In this document: positions 25,661 to 37,932 of the stretch, piece by piece
How positions within the stretch are numbered: the stretch's first letter is position 1
Layout of the letters: the number at the start of each line of letters is the position of its first letter
From: Mobula birostris
Taxonomy: Eukaryota
DNA: 64,000 bases
Assembly (NCBI RefSeq): GCF_030028105.1
Contig: NC_092400.1
Coordinates: forward strand, 15,066,001-15,130,000
Direction of reading: 5' to 3'
Translations under genes and position numbers: made by a program
Notes under the pieces: generated by a model
Seen by the model: only the letters and a program-made list of their open reading frames with translations
Told to the model about the DNA's origin: nothing
Databases searched by the model: none

Positions 25661-27134
25661 ACCTCAAGCAGGAAGTAGGAGAGATTTGGGATAATCAGGA
25701 TGGTGATTTGTATCTATTTTTAGAGTCTGTATTTCTTTTAATCTAGGCCGAATTCTCAACTAAGGTAAGGGAAAATCTGATCATTCAGGATGGTACTGTT
25801 AAGTGCAGTTGATTTTATTTTTGCCTTGCATTGTAGATTAACATTTAGGCAATGAATTGGCTTGCCATTTGAAATGTATGCTGTAATCACCTTTGCCAAC
25901 TCCCCATAGTTGAAGAGATCACTAATGCTATAGTTAATGTTATTCAAAACCAGTGTCTTCGTACAGAAATTGTGCCTGCCAGAAGCAAAATCAGAACGTT
26001 CTGGAAGGAAAATCAAATGCTGCAGATACAGGACAGTATGAATAAGGATCTAAATATCAAAGAATACATGGCATATAGGAAGGTCAGGAAGTTGGGCGAA
26101 AGTGGAGATTGGCTCCGTTAACTAACAATGGTGTTGGCACCGTAGAGAGTGATGAGTGAAATTCAGGAAATCAGAAAGTAGAAGCAGTTTTGGTAATGAT
26201 GAAAATTAACAAAGACAAATAGTTACAATAGAGGATGAAAGTAACATCGCAGAAGTAGGTGCAAACTGGGAACTGGAGGGGAGGAAAACTCAGGAAAACT
26301 GCAATCATGGGGAAGTGGTGCTTAGCAAATTGATGGGGCTGTGGGTGATGGTGTAATGGTAGGTGCATCAATTTTCCTTTTTGAAGGATCCTTAGACTTT
26401 GGGAAAGTTCCATTGGATAGAAACAGTGGAAAATGACACCTTTGTTGAAAAAGGGGGGAAAGAGAGAGCAGTTGAGAGCCTGAAGGCCATTTACCTGTGT
26501 GCCTGTCAAAGGGAAATTGTTGGAAGCTATTACCAAAAGTGGTAATGGAAAACAACTTTAAAAAGTTCGCAGTAATAAGGCAAAGCCAATGTGGTCTTGT
26601 GAAAGAAATCATATTTAGCCAGTTTAATACAGCTTTTAAAAGATATAACTTGTAATATGGATTAGGGGATATCAGTGGATATACTATACTTAGATTTCCA
26701 GAAGACATTTAAGATTGTGCTGCATTAAAGCTTATTTCTGAAAATAAACCTTTCCAAAGTCTAGAGATCTTTTGAGAATTAAAAACGATGCATCAATTAT
26801 CTCAGTCAAGAGTAAGGTCCCCCCCAACTCTCATTTGTAATATACTGTGTATGTAAATGATTTCAATGGTAATATAAGTGGTTTGATTAGTAATTTTGCA
26901 GATGATGTGAGAATTGGTGGAGTTGTGGATATTCAGCAAGGTTGTCAAAGAGTGCAGCTGGATGTAGACTGAATGGGAATGTCAATGGAGAAATGGCAGA
27001 CGAAGTTCTATAGGCACGAAGTGATGTAAGAGTAATTGGCAGGACCGTCAGAAACAGAGCTGTACAGAAGGATCTTGAGGTACAATTTCACAGTTGAAAG
27101 TGGCAGCACGTGGGTAAGATGGTAAAGAAGGTAC

Positions 27135-27534
27135 ATAGTTATAGTCATACTTTATTGATCCCAGGGGAAATTGGTTTTCGTTACAGTTGCACCATAAATA
27201 ATAAATAGTAATATTACTATTAGTAAATAGTAATAGTCATGGAAATAATAAATAGTAATAAGTAGTTAAATAATACTATGTAAATTATGCTAGTAAATTA
27301 TGAAATAAGTCCAGGACCAGCCTATCGGCTCAGGGTGTCAGGAGTTGTAAAGTTTGATGGCCACAGGCAGGAATGACTTCCTATGACGCTCTGTGTTGCA
27401 TCTCGAAGGAATGAGTCTCTGGCTGAATGTACTCCTGTGCCCACCCAGTACATTATGTAGTGGATGGGAGACATTGACCAAGATGGCATGCAACTTAGAC
27501 AGCATCCTCTTTTCAGACACCACCGTCAGAGAGT
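27135..27534 (-). mobile_element. Rex1/Babar-type LINE 3' fragment (different subfamily)
   Basis: The C-terminal half of ORF 27338..27799 reads SHPLH..RSTFSQRLI..RCNTERHRKSFLPVAIKLYNS. Confidence 0.8.
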
Positions 27535-27541
27535 ATGGTAT

Positions 27542-27675
27542 CCTGATGAAGGGTCTCAGCTGGAAACGTTGACTGTAGTCTTTTCCATAGATGCTGCCTG
27601 GCCTTCTGAGTTCCTCCAGTGTTTTGTGTGTGTCGTTGGGATTTCCAGCACCTGCAGATCTTCTCCTGTTTGTAG
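27542..27675 (+). mobile_element. Short Penelope-type repeat with a degenerate hammerhead core
   Basis: ctgatga-agggtctcagctg-gaaac-gttgact followed by gatgctgcctggcc..gagttcctccag; flanked by the 7-bp direct repeat atggtat (27535-41, 27676-82). Confidence 0.7.
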
Positions 27676-29405
27676 ATGGTATGCATACTTCCTCAGTTGA
27701 GGTTTGGAATTCAAAAGTTTGGAAGTCGTGTCGCAAATGTTTAAAACTTCTGGTTCGGTCATGTTTATCGTATTGTGTGCTGTTCTGGTCACCGCACACA
27801 GGAAGATTGCGGAGGCCTTGGAGAGGATGCAGAAGAGGTTGATCAGGATGTGGCCTGTATTGGATTGGAGTGTATTAGCTATAAGGAGAGTTTGGACAAA
27901 TTTGGATCCTTTTTTCTGGAGCACTGGAGGCCGAAGAGCAAGCTGTTATGATGACATTAGGAGAGACTTGGACAGGGTATATTGAATTCTTTTCCCAGTG
28001 TGAAAATGCCAAATACGAGAGGGCACAGCTTCAAGGTGGGAGAAGAGAACTTCAAAGGAGATTTGTGAGACAAGTTTTTTTTAACACACAAAGTAGTAGG
28101 TGCCTGGAACCTACTGCCAGGGGAGATGGGAACAGATACAAAAGCAAAGTTAAGAGGTATTTAGACAGGATCATGAACAGGCTGAGAACTGAGGAACATG
28201 GAGCTCGTGCAGACAGATGGGAGTTAGTTAGATTCCACAGGCGTGGTGAGTCAAAGGGCCTTTTCTTTTCTGGCATATATGGTTGCATTAGAATGAAATC
28301 ACCAGGCTACCGTTTCCCCAAAGCAGAGAAAGCAGTGACATTCAAGTGCATTGCTGACCAGCTCAGAGAAGACACATTTGTATTTGAGAAGACTATGCTC
28401 AAAGGTGGAACTGCAGTTGCTAGAGCATGGTGCGTGCTCACAATGGAGCCCATCAGACATTTACAACACACCCTGACCTTTTTAACTATGCTGTGCTGCT
28501 CTTTATGTTGTTACGGAGCAATTGCTGTCTGTCCATTCAGTTGTAATCTAAGCCACAGCTGAAACGTTATCACTTTGTGGGGAAGAAGGAACTGGAGTCA
28601 GCGTGTGCTCTCTGAGGTCGAGTTCTTCCAGGATGACTAGATCAGAGATGGAAAATTGGACCGGAGCCAGCCTCCTCTGCCAGAGCTGATTGTTTGATTC
28701 TCAAGCTAGCCAGATGCAGAATTCTTTTAAGCTGTAACTCCTGCTCTGTAAGCCAGCGTGCTAATTATTAAGGTGATTGTAATTGGTGGGAACCTTACAG
28801 TTGTTCAAAGCATTCAAAGTATATTTATTGTTGAAGTAGGCATGAAATTTGTCTTCTCTGAACTGGTCAGCAATGCGCTTGAGTGTTACTGCTTTCTCTG
28901 CTTTGGGGAAACGGTTGCCTTGTGATTTCATTCAAATGCAACCATATATATAAAAAAATTATCTTCATCTCATGATGCAAGTACTTCATCAAAGTATCCC
29001 AAACCTTTGCCAGATAGAGTTCACTGATCCATGCAAAATCACTACTGAAGACTGACCCTAATCTAGGGATGACAGTAATTGTTCTCTTCTACTTCCAGTT
29101 TGGCAGCCAAGATGTTATCTTCCATTTTGTATTTGTAAGCAATTATCCGTAACTCAGTTGAGGTTTGTGTTAATTATGCAATGTGCATACATATTTTATG
29201 CTTTATCGGAATTTCCCAAAATCATTCATTTAAAAAAAAATTGTATTCCTCTTTACCCACTTTAAACTTAAAAATAGGCAAACTACAGCATCGGGTCATG
29301 CTTTTCCGAACTTAATTTCTGTTGAGGATCCTTCCTTCTCACCAACTTCAGTTATGCATGCTTTCTTCAAACTCCTCTCCCTCGTGCTTCTCTCCATTTC
29401 ATTCT

Positions 29406-30870
29406 CAAGTTCAAGTTTATTGTCATTCAACCACACGTATACCGGCAAATGAAACAACGTGCCTCTGGACCAAGGTGCACAACACAGTACACATAACTCA
29501 CACACGTAAAGTAATATTAACACCAAAAAATTAACGAATAGTAAGATGCATATGGGCCGGCCAGTGGTGTAGTGGTATCGACACTGGACTTCGAGGCAGA
29601 TGGTTCTGAGTTCGAATCTAGCCAGGTCTCAACCTGGGCAGCGGAAGCATCTGCTCAGAAGAAAGGCCTGGCAGTCTGCTTCCTTATCTTGCCATGAAAG
29701 CCCTATGGACAACTACACTATGTTGTTGTCAACAACGACAACCAATAACCAACAATAACAAGTTTTAAAAAGTAAAAATATAACACCATTTGCACTTCAT
29801 TCATGATGCGGGACCTAGGGACCTGGGTGATGGCAGGGAGTTTAATAGTCTTACGGCCTGGGGGAAGAAGCTGTTTTTCATCCTAACAGTTCTTGAACCA
29901 GTGCTACGGTATGTCCTGTCTGAATGTTGGACAGATGGAAGGGATCACCGACAATGCTAAGGGCCCTGTGCTAATGATAAATGTTTCTAATGGGCAAACG
30001 AGAGACCCTGATGATGATCCTCTCAGCAGTCCTTACAATTCTTTGTAGGGACTTGTGGTCAGATGTCTTGCAATTCATGGACCAGACAAGAGATGCAGCT
30101 AGTCAGGCCGCTCTTGATGGTGCTCCTGTAAAAATTGGCTAAATGGTGGTGTTGTGGGGGGGGCGGTGGTGATCCTCACTTCCCTTCCCTCAGTCTCATC
30201 AGGAAATGAAGACACTGCTGTTCTCTCTTGACCGAAACGATGGTATGGAGGTGAGATCTTCCATTATGTGCACCCCCAGAAACTTGATGCTCCTAACTCT
30301 CTCTTCAGAGTATGTGTAGGGAGGAGTGATCAGCCTGCACCTTCCTAAAGTCCACAATCATGTCTTTCGTCTTCTCCACGTTGAGACTCAAGTCGTGCTC
30401 ACACCATTCTACTGACCACTCTGCCTCCTCTCTGTATGTCATCTCGTTGTTGTTGCTGATAAGGCCAGCCACTGTTGTGTCATCAGCAAACATGATTCCG
30501 TTTGAACTGGATCAAGCCTTGGTACTGGTGCATCAGCAGCTTGAACAGCAGTGGGCCGAGCATGCTGCCCTGGGAGAGTGTCGGTGCTCAGCGTGATGGA
30601 GCTAGAGATGTTTCTGTCAACACAGACTGACTGTGGCCATTCTGTCGAGAAGTCCAGGATCCAGTTATAGAGCGAGGTGTTGAGCCCCAACGGGGACAGC
30701 CTTCTGAGGTATGATCACACTGAATGCTGAGCTGAAGTCAACAAGCATATGAGGCGCCATGCTCCAGGTGGGACAGGACAGAATGGGGTGCAGAGGCTAT
30801 TGCATCATCATTGGACCAACTTGAGCAATAAAGGAACTGGAAAGGATCCATTGTAGCAGCAAGATGGGAT
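29406..30870 (-). mobile_element. Rex1/Babar-type LINE, RT to 3' end, degenerate
   Basis: ORF 30305..30493 has [39 protein letters not shown]; ORF 30439..30690 has [12 protein letters not shown]; tail aataaacttgaacttg. Confidence 0.88.
29554..29761 (+). mobile_element. tRNA-derived SINE nested in the Rex-type LINE
   Basis: A box tggtgtagtgg, B box gttcgaatc, (caa)n-like tail. Confidence 0.75.
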
Positions 30871-30911
30871 CAGTCTTTTGTTTGCTTTGAATATGACCAC
30901 ACCATGTCATT

Positions 30912-31730
30912 CTTCTCCTCCAAGAGGACCACAACCTTGTGGTAGGGTTTGGACCCAGAGAGCTATGTTGGCTGGAGTTAGGGCTTTATGCTTTGGCTCT
31001 TGGTAGGGTCATCCATACCAAACAGGTCAAATGGCAGGGGCCAGACTAAAGGCTGATTTATACTTCTGCCCCAAGTCGACGCCGTAGGTACAGTGTAGCC
31101 GTGAACCCTATGCAGAGCCTACGCAGATCCCTGTGCAGTGGCCTGACGTGCACCTCTCCCAAAATGTAACTGCGCGTCGCGGCAACGCAGACCGCAATAA
31201 CTGTGATTGGTCCGCTTGGTAGCATTGCATTTCATCCTACACTGCAATAGCTTGCTATTGGGCGACTGAAGGGCAGGGAAGGAACTCTGGCTGCAATGCT
31301 TTCCCTAAAGCTTTACAGACCTCCGAAATTATGGAGGACACATTTCGCTTTTACGAAAAAAGATGCTCGCTTTAAACTTGTTTACCCTGAGGAAGACTAC
31401 CATGACCATGAAGCCTTGCACGGGCAGGTGTGTGCGCATGCGCAACGTGTGCGAATTGCAGAGCGACGCAGACACACCAACGCACAAGTATAAATGCTCA
31501 CAACGTGCGTAGGTTATGACGTCCATTTGATGCACAAGTATAAATCAGCCTTAAGACTCTTCCACAGGTCCTCCAGGTGTGGGGCACAGCTCAGGGCTAA
31601 CAACCCTGACTGGTCAAACAAAATTGTTAGAGAAACGGCAATGAAGAATCCTTTATCTGTGTGAGCGAGTATGGGCAGGTAGAGATGGAGGACTTTCATT
31701 GCTGCCCTAAGCACCAGCAGCAAGTAAGTA
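30912..31730 (+). mobile_element. RTE/Expander-like 5'-head retroposon, interrupted by a Harbinger MITE
   Basis: ccacaaccttgt..cccagagagctatg..ggtagggtcatccatacc..gggccagac, then ctccagg..gggctaacaaccc; tail aagtaagta. Family recognised from memory. Confidence 0.55.
31050..31551. mobile_element. PIF/Harbinger-type MITE
   Basis: Perfect 16-bp TIRs aggctgatttatactt / aagtataaatcagcct; 3-bp TAA TSD at 31047-49 and 31552-54. Confidence 0.92.
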
Positions 31731-32107
31731 TGTCACTCTTCTCGGAGTGTAATACAGCAGAGAGAAAGGTCCTTCAGCCCATCTGCTCCCTGCTGACCAG
31801 AGCATCCTCCCTGCTGATGTATTTTACATTTCCAGACATCTGCAGTTTGTTTTTTAATGTTTTCAAGTTTTAAAAGGAAGTGAGCAGGGAGCATATTAGT
31901 TACAGTTTTGAGTGTGTGTAAGGAAGCTTGTTTGTTTGGAACCTTTCATCTTCCTAGCACACACAAATTCAATGAAAGGCCACTGCAGTGTGGTTTAATC
32001 TACGGGACTGTCGGGCTAACCGTGGTTGCATGATCAGAGGCGCCGTTTAACGAAGTTCACAGCAAATGAAGTTCAGTACAGACAGACCTGAACTCGGTGT
32101 ACTGCTC

Positions 32108-32250
32108 AAACACGAGGAAATCTGCAGATGCTGGAATTTCAAGCAACACACACAAAAGTTGCTGGTGAACGCAGGGTCTCGGCCCGAAACGTCGACTGTA
32201 CCTCTTCCTAGGGATGCTGCCTGGCCTGCTGCGTTTATGTGTGTTGTTCA
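32108..32250. mobile_element. Penelope-type inverted remnant with the right half of a hammerhead motif
   Basis: Minus-oriented 3' end (gaggaaatctgcagatgctgg..) fused to plus-oriented gggtctcggcccgaaacgtcgact..gatgctgcctggcctgctg. Confidence 0.7.
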
Positions 32251-32639
32251 GTGTACTGCTGTATGCTTTTGACAAAGTAGTGGGAAAGAAAAATGAGATT
32301 TTAATTGTGAACTGTGTTGTCGTCATGAGTATTGACGATATCCCTTCCTCAATGTAAGTGGGCTTCAGTATTGCAGAAAAGAGCAAAGAAGATGAATGAC
32401 AAAGGTAGGTAAGAGGTCCATTAGGTTAACAAAGCCAACAGAACCAACTTGTAAAGAACCAGCTTCAGAAAAATATTAATGTAAAGAGTTGTGAAACCAA
32501 GCCATAAGCAATGCTTTCCAACTGAGAGGCACAGTTGTGGCAAGTAATTCTCGAGCTGATTTCAGCAAGTGTTTCTTTGCATAGGAAGAGCTGAAGCTGA
32601 AATAGTTTGCAGAAAGGATGACTGATGTCTTATTAGTTA

Positions 32640-32890
32640 TTTATTTAATTAGAGAACCAACACAAAAGAGGCCCTTCCGGCCCAGCAAGCCGCGCCACCC
32701 AGCAATCCACCTAGCCTACTCACAGGACAATTTACAATGCCCAACAAACTGTGAGCACTTTGGACTGTCGGAGGAAACTGGAGAGCCCGGTGGAAACTTT
32801 CTTGCAGAGGATGCTGGAAGTGAAACTTGAACTCCCGTCCCCTGAGGGGTAATAGCGTCACACTAACCGCTACACTACCACGGTGCCCCG
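32640..32890 (-). mobile_element. tRNA-derived SINE (V-domain type)
   Basis: The reverse complement starts ggggcaccgtggtagtgtagcggttagtgtgacgctatta..gagttcaa; related to the copies at 48.9, 54.0 and 62.8 kb. Confidence 0.7.
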
Positions 32891-33279
32891 CGTATCATTA
32901 GATACTTTCTTTTTGTGTGACAAATTCTGCTATCTGTTACCTCGGTGAAATTGGCTGAGGTTGATTTTGGATAAACTGTAAGTAGCAGGAAGGCATTGCT
33001 AGCTGCTTGCCTGTGATCGGAGCAGCAGCTTAAAAACTTACCACTTGCACTTGCCCTCCTTCCTGAATGAGGCTCCCATTGTATGCACCGTTGTCATTCC
33101 TCTTTAACGTTGAACTGAATTGCAGACCCCACTCAGATAGGTTAGATACGTTTTCATTCAGTCAAATATTTTAACTTTGCTTTGGTTCAGGAATAGTAAA
33201 GTGTAAACATGCCGTCAGGTTGGTCGCCTCCAACCTGATGGCATGAATATCGATTCCTCCTGGTTTAAAAAAAATATTC

Positions 33280-33590
33280 CCTCCCCTTCCTCTCTTCTTC
33301 TATTCCCCACTCTGACCTTTCACCACTTCTCCCTGGGTTCGTTCCTCCTTCCCTTTCTCCTATGTTCCACTCTCCTCTCCTGTCAGATTCCTTCTTCTCC
33401 AGCCTTTAAATACCCACTCATCTGGCTTCACCTGTCACCTTCCAGCCAGCCACCTTCCCTCCCCCCCCCACCTTTTTATTCTGGTGTCTCCCCACTTCGC
33501 AGTCCTGAAGGAGGATCTCTGCCTGAAACTCACCTCCATAGATGCTGCCTGACCTGCTGAGTTCCTCCAGCATTTTGTGTCAGTTGCAGA
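33280..33590 (+). mobile_element. Penelope-type 3' region (pyrimidine-rich tract plus hammerhead remnant)
   Basis: CT-rich tract, then agtcctgaaggaggatctctgcctgaaac and gatgctgcctgacctgctgagttcctccagcattttgtgt. Confidence 0.65.
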
Positions 33591-36519
33591 GTAAGTGCAA
33601 TGTGGTGTAAAACTATACTCATTATTATAGTTTTATACCTTGGTGACACCACGTGACTTTAGAGTCAGGATATGGTTCAATATCACAGGTATGTCTTGTG
33701 AAATTTGTAAACTTTGTGGCAGTAGTACATAACTATAGAGAGGAAAAACAAATTACAGTAAATGTATAATATAGATGTGTGTGTATATTAAATAGTTAAA
33801 TTGAGTAAGTAGTGTGAAAAATAGAGGTATATAGTGGTATTGTAGAAAAAATTGTGGTAAAGGTTGTTATATTGCAGGAACTGATTGCATACAATTAATA
33901 TTCAGAATGAGACATCAATTAAACTGCGATACTAGATTTTGGAACACCTCTGTTAATAAAAGGAGTAAAAGATTCTTGTGCCATATAAGCTTGGGTGATG
34001 GGTTAATTCTTTCTGTGGCTGGAAATCCAATCTGCCAGCTTATGTGGGCTGGGCTTTGTGAATTTTAACAAGGCTGTAAAATGGACAATTTCGCTATGTG
34101 GAGAAAATTACCACCCCTGTAACATGTCTCCCACGTGATCCGTTTTAGCCCTGAACTGAAGATTTGCCAGGAATTTTAAAGTCCAGTTAATCTTGTTATC
34201 AAAAATAGGGACATGACAAAGAATGGGAAAACATAAGGGTGAGAGATTTGAATTGAACAAAATAGAACCTTTTATCGGTTACAAGAGCTTACTTAACAGC
34301 TCTGAGAGCTCGGCTCCTCAAAGCCACAAGATGAATCAACTGGTACATGCTAAATCTCCTTTTTAAAAAAAACTCATTTCATTTTCTGTTGTTAGCGTTA
34401 ATCACCTTCTGTCTGGGCTGATCTCCACCTCTTGGCAATAGAGGTAGGTTCCTATAAATTCAGAGTGGTAAATTACGCTGCTAAATCAATGCTTTTTTTC
34501 AGGCTTAAATGATTTATGATATTACCTGTCAATGTTCTATAATTAAATGAATGCAAAGCAGCTAACAGTACTGGAGCATTGCTTTACGTGATTTTCTGAG
34601 GCAAATTAAATTAATCATATAGACCATTTGGAAAGTGTTACTTGAATTGCTATTCAAAAGCAAGGCGTTTTTAGGATATGTGAGATACTGAACTCCTTTG
34701 TGAGGTAATTAATGGCATTTTCAGTACCTAGATAAACAGTGGGTTCTCTGGCATGTTTGCATTCACCTTTATAGTTTGTGTGTTAATCATTTTTCCAATT
34801 ATTTTGTTATCTCAAAGTAATAATAGATTCCTGGGGGGTGGGCTTCAGTTACATACAACACTCCTGGAAGTCTCTTTCACTTTATTAGGAGAAGGGCATC
34901 CAAGCATTAGAATCAATATTGGAGATTGAATAGAGAGGAGGTGGGGATGATGGAAATTAATTTCCCTTTTGTATTCTGTATTATGAACCATACTTCATTT
35001 GATGGTGTATTTTGAATGCTGGAGCCACACTGGCAGTATTTCGATAATTTTCCAGTGCTTTGAAATTATACTTTTTTTATATGTAAGTTATCGGCTCGAG
35101 CTGTACGCAAAGCTACTTGGGAATCAACAAGATTAGTTAAGTAAATACTGCTGAGGTGTTATAATCAGTGTGTTGCTGATAGCACTCGTCTGCTTGCCCA
35201 AGTGCTACATCAACCTCAGGGAACATTGCGCAGTCGAAATGAGACCCCATATAACTAAGCTAATGTAAAGCTCCTCGGTCCCATTTCTAACACAACATAA
35301 ATTGTACTCTATTAAAATTGATGCATTTTCTGTCAATGCAAATGTGTGAATGGTTCTATCACTTTGGAAACTAATAGCTTGGCAAACCAAACCATCTCTT
35401 ATTATTTATTTGCTGAAGTTTTTCTTGTGATCTGCAGCAGAGCATTTGATTTGTTCTTGCAGGTGATGAATAGTTCAGCAGCTCCTTTGATTATAGCATC
35501 TCTCTATCTTCTTCCTTTCCAAAAGAAGATTTAAAGGAGTGAAGGATGGAATGCACACCCATGCTAAATTGTAATGAGCTAATATATTTTGTTAAGGTGT
35601 TCAGCTGAACCTAGTGGGAGTGAATAGATTTTGATTGTTAATAGATAACTGTTTGAAGCCTTGGTCCCAAGCATATACAAGTATAAGAAATCCATATGGT
35701 GAGAATTAACTTACAGGTTTACTGTAAATGTTTGGACAAGTTCACTCCTCAACTCAATGGCATTTTCCAACTGCCATCCTAATTTTTAGCTTGGAAATAT
35801 TATTATGCAGATTACAAATGCTTCTGTTGGGGATAAATGTTTCACAGCTTTCAGTAAACTGCAAATTCTATTATGCACACATTGAATCTTGAGATAGAAT
35901 TTTTTTTTAACCTTTCCTTGGAACCAGTCAACATACCGTGTAAAATATGTGGAAGGAAGGGATGGTGCTTGTGGCTTAGTGGCTACAGTTGGGGACCACC
36001 GTGTGATGTCATTGCCCTGCTATTCCCTCCATTCATCTGCAATCCTGTAAGTGCTTACCACTGTGGTTGATTTAATGAGCTGCTCAAGGACAGTTATATT
36101 GATTACCATGATAAAATTACATTTTCTTTTATAGCACACACGTACCTAATATTTAATATCTTGGATATTTTGGGCAAAAAGATATTTAGTTTATATCCTT
36201 AACTATATCCTTCCTTGGTTATAATTTCTCCACCCTGTTTTGTACTCTTCGGAGCAGTAGATCTGAGGTAGGAGATCAACCTGGGCTCCACGGACACCTT
36301 GCTTAATGGTACTGGTCCATGGCATAAAAAAGGTTGGGAATCCTACCTGAGAGCATGTCCTGAATAGTTGTATATTATACGCAGTAATGAGGATTTGCGA
36401 GGAGTATTAACCATGGAGGCAACGATCACGATGCCTTTCATACACGACAGAGACCCACTTCCAAACAGTGTCTCCATCCTTGATTTACTTTATTCCTTTT
36501 CTCTCTTCAACCTTTCAGT

Positions 36520-37140
36520 TGGAAGTTGGAATATAAGAGCAGGGATGTGATGTTGAGTCTCTGTAAGGCACTCGAGACCACATTTTGAGTTTTGTGTGCA
36601 GTTTTGGGCTCCTTATTTTAGAAAGGATATACTGACATTGGAGAAGGTTCAGAGAAGATTCACAAGAAGGATTCCAGGAATGAAAGGGTTACTGTATGAC
36701 GAACATCTGGCAGCTCCTGGGCTGTATTCCCTGGAGTTCAGGAGAATGAGGGGGATCTCATAGAAACATTTGGAATGTTAAAAGGCCTGAACAGATTAGA
36801 TATGGCAAAGTTATTTCCCATGGTAGGGGAGTCCGGGACAAGAAGGCATGACCTCAGGATTGAAGGACGTCCATTTAGAACTGAGATGCGGAGAATTAAC
36901 TTCAGTCAGAGGGTGGTAAATCTGTGGAATTTGTTGCCACGAGCGGCTGTGGAGGCCAAGTCATTGGGTGCATTTAAGGCAGAGATAGACAGGTTCTTGA
37001 TTAGCCTGGGCATCAAAGGGTATGGGGTGAAAGCAGGGGAGTGGGGATGACTGGAAGAATTGGATCAGCCCATGATTGAATGGTGGATCAGACTCGATGG
37101 GACGAATGGCCTACTTCTGCTCCTATATCTTATGGTCTCA
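36520..37140 (+). mobile_element. CR1 LINE 3' fragment
   Basis: ORF 36775..37050 has LFPMVGE..FSQRVVNLWNLLP..FKAEIDRFL; ends cttatggtct. Confidence 0.9.
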
Positions 37141-37459
37141 TGCTATGATACGTCTGCTAAATCCAGGTAAATAAAACTAACAAAAGACTAGGAGAGAACT
37201 TTTCAAGAATTATTAATTATTAGTTTCTAGGTGTACTTGGAACTGTTCAAAATAAAATTTATTACTTAATAATTATAGAATTCTTTTGCAATTCGAATTC
37301 AGTTCACATTTCATTGGAACTGCTTTAATGACAAGTGGCGAGATGTAATGTTCAGATTATGACTTCAGCTGGAATTTTTGTTTTCATGAGCATCAAGAGT
37401 GTGTGTGTGTGGGAGGGAGTTCCAATGTGAAATGGAGTTTTTTTTTTAAGCATATTTTT

Positions 37460-37822
37460 AGACCATAAGACATAGGAGCAGAATCTGGCCTTTTGCCTCA
37501 TCATGTCTGCTCTGCCATTCCATCATGGCCGATTCATTATCCTTCTCAACCACATTCTCTTGCCGTCTCTCCATAACCTTTGACACTGACAAAATCAAGG
37601 ACCACCGTTTTAAATATACTCAGCGACTTGGCTGCCACAGCCACCTCTGGCAAAAAGTTCCACAGATTCACCACCTTCTGGCTAAAGTTCCGCCTCGTCT
37701 CTGTTCCAAGCGGACATCCCCCTGGTTCTAGAGCAAACATTCTCTCCACATCCACTCTATCTTGGCCTTTCAGTATTTGATTGGTTTCAATGAGATCTGC
37801 CCTCATTCTTCTGAATTCCAGC
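37460..37822 (-). mobile_element. CR1 LINE 3' fragment, inverted relative to 36520..37140
   Basis: ORF 37546..37863 has LEFRRMRADLIET..FSQKVVNLWNFLP. Confidence 0.88.
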
Positions 37823-37932
37823 TTGTTTGTAAGTATACTGCATGAAAGATTTACCATGGACATTTACAACTATTACACCCTCAGAGAGACCATTATTGAA
37901 AATGGTAAGCATATTTGTCCCATTTCCTGCAG

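Larger units (their letters stand above)
26020..28270 (+). mobile_element. Old CR1 LINE remnants, interrupted at 27135..27675
   Basis: Eroded endonuclease and RT motifs (ttagatttccagaagacattt, taattttgcagatgat, tattgtgtgctgttctggtcacc). Confidence 0.7.

Noticed and set aside
27215-27300. AT-rich tandem-like tract (aaatagtaata) and the similar tract at 3180-3225
   Set aside because: Low-complexity slippage in a LINE 3' UTR or AT-rich intron; no ordered array.
27338-27799. 153-aa ORF as a novel fusion protein
   Set aside because: Chance read-through across antisense CR1, the Penelope-type repeat and a Rex fragment.
27948-28562. 204-aa ORF as a host gene
   Set aside because: The first half is an off-frame read of a decayed CR1 3' end; no recognisable domain or supporting exon structure.
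29554-29640. tRNA gene (also 41320, 48899, 58521, 62818)
   Set aside because: A and B boxes are present, but there is no complete cloverleaf and each continues into a SINE body and tail.
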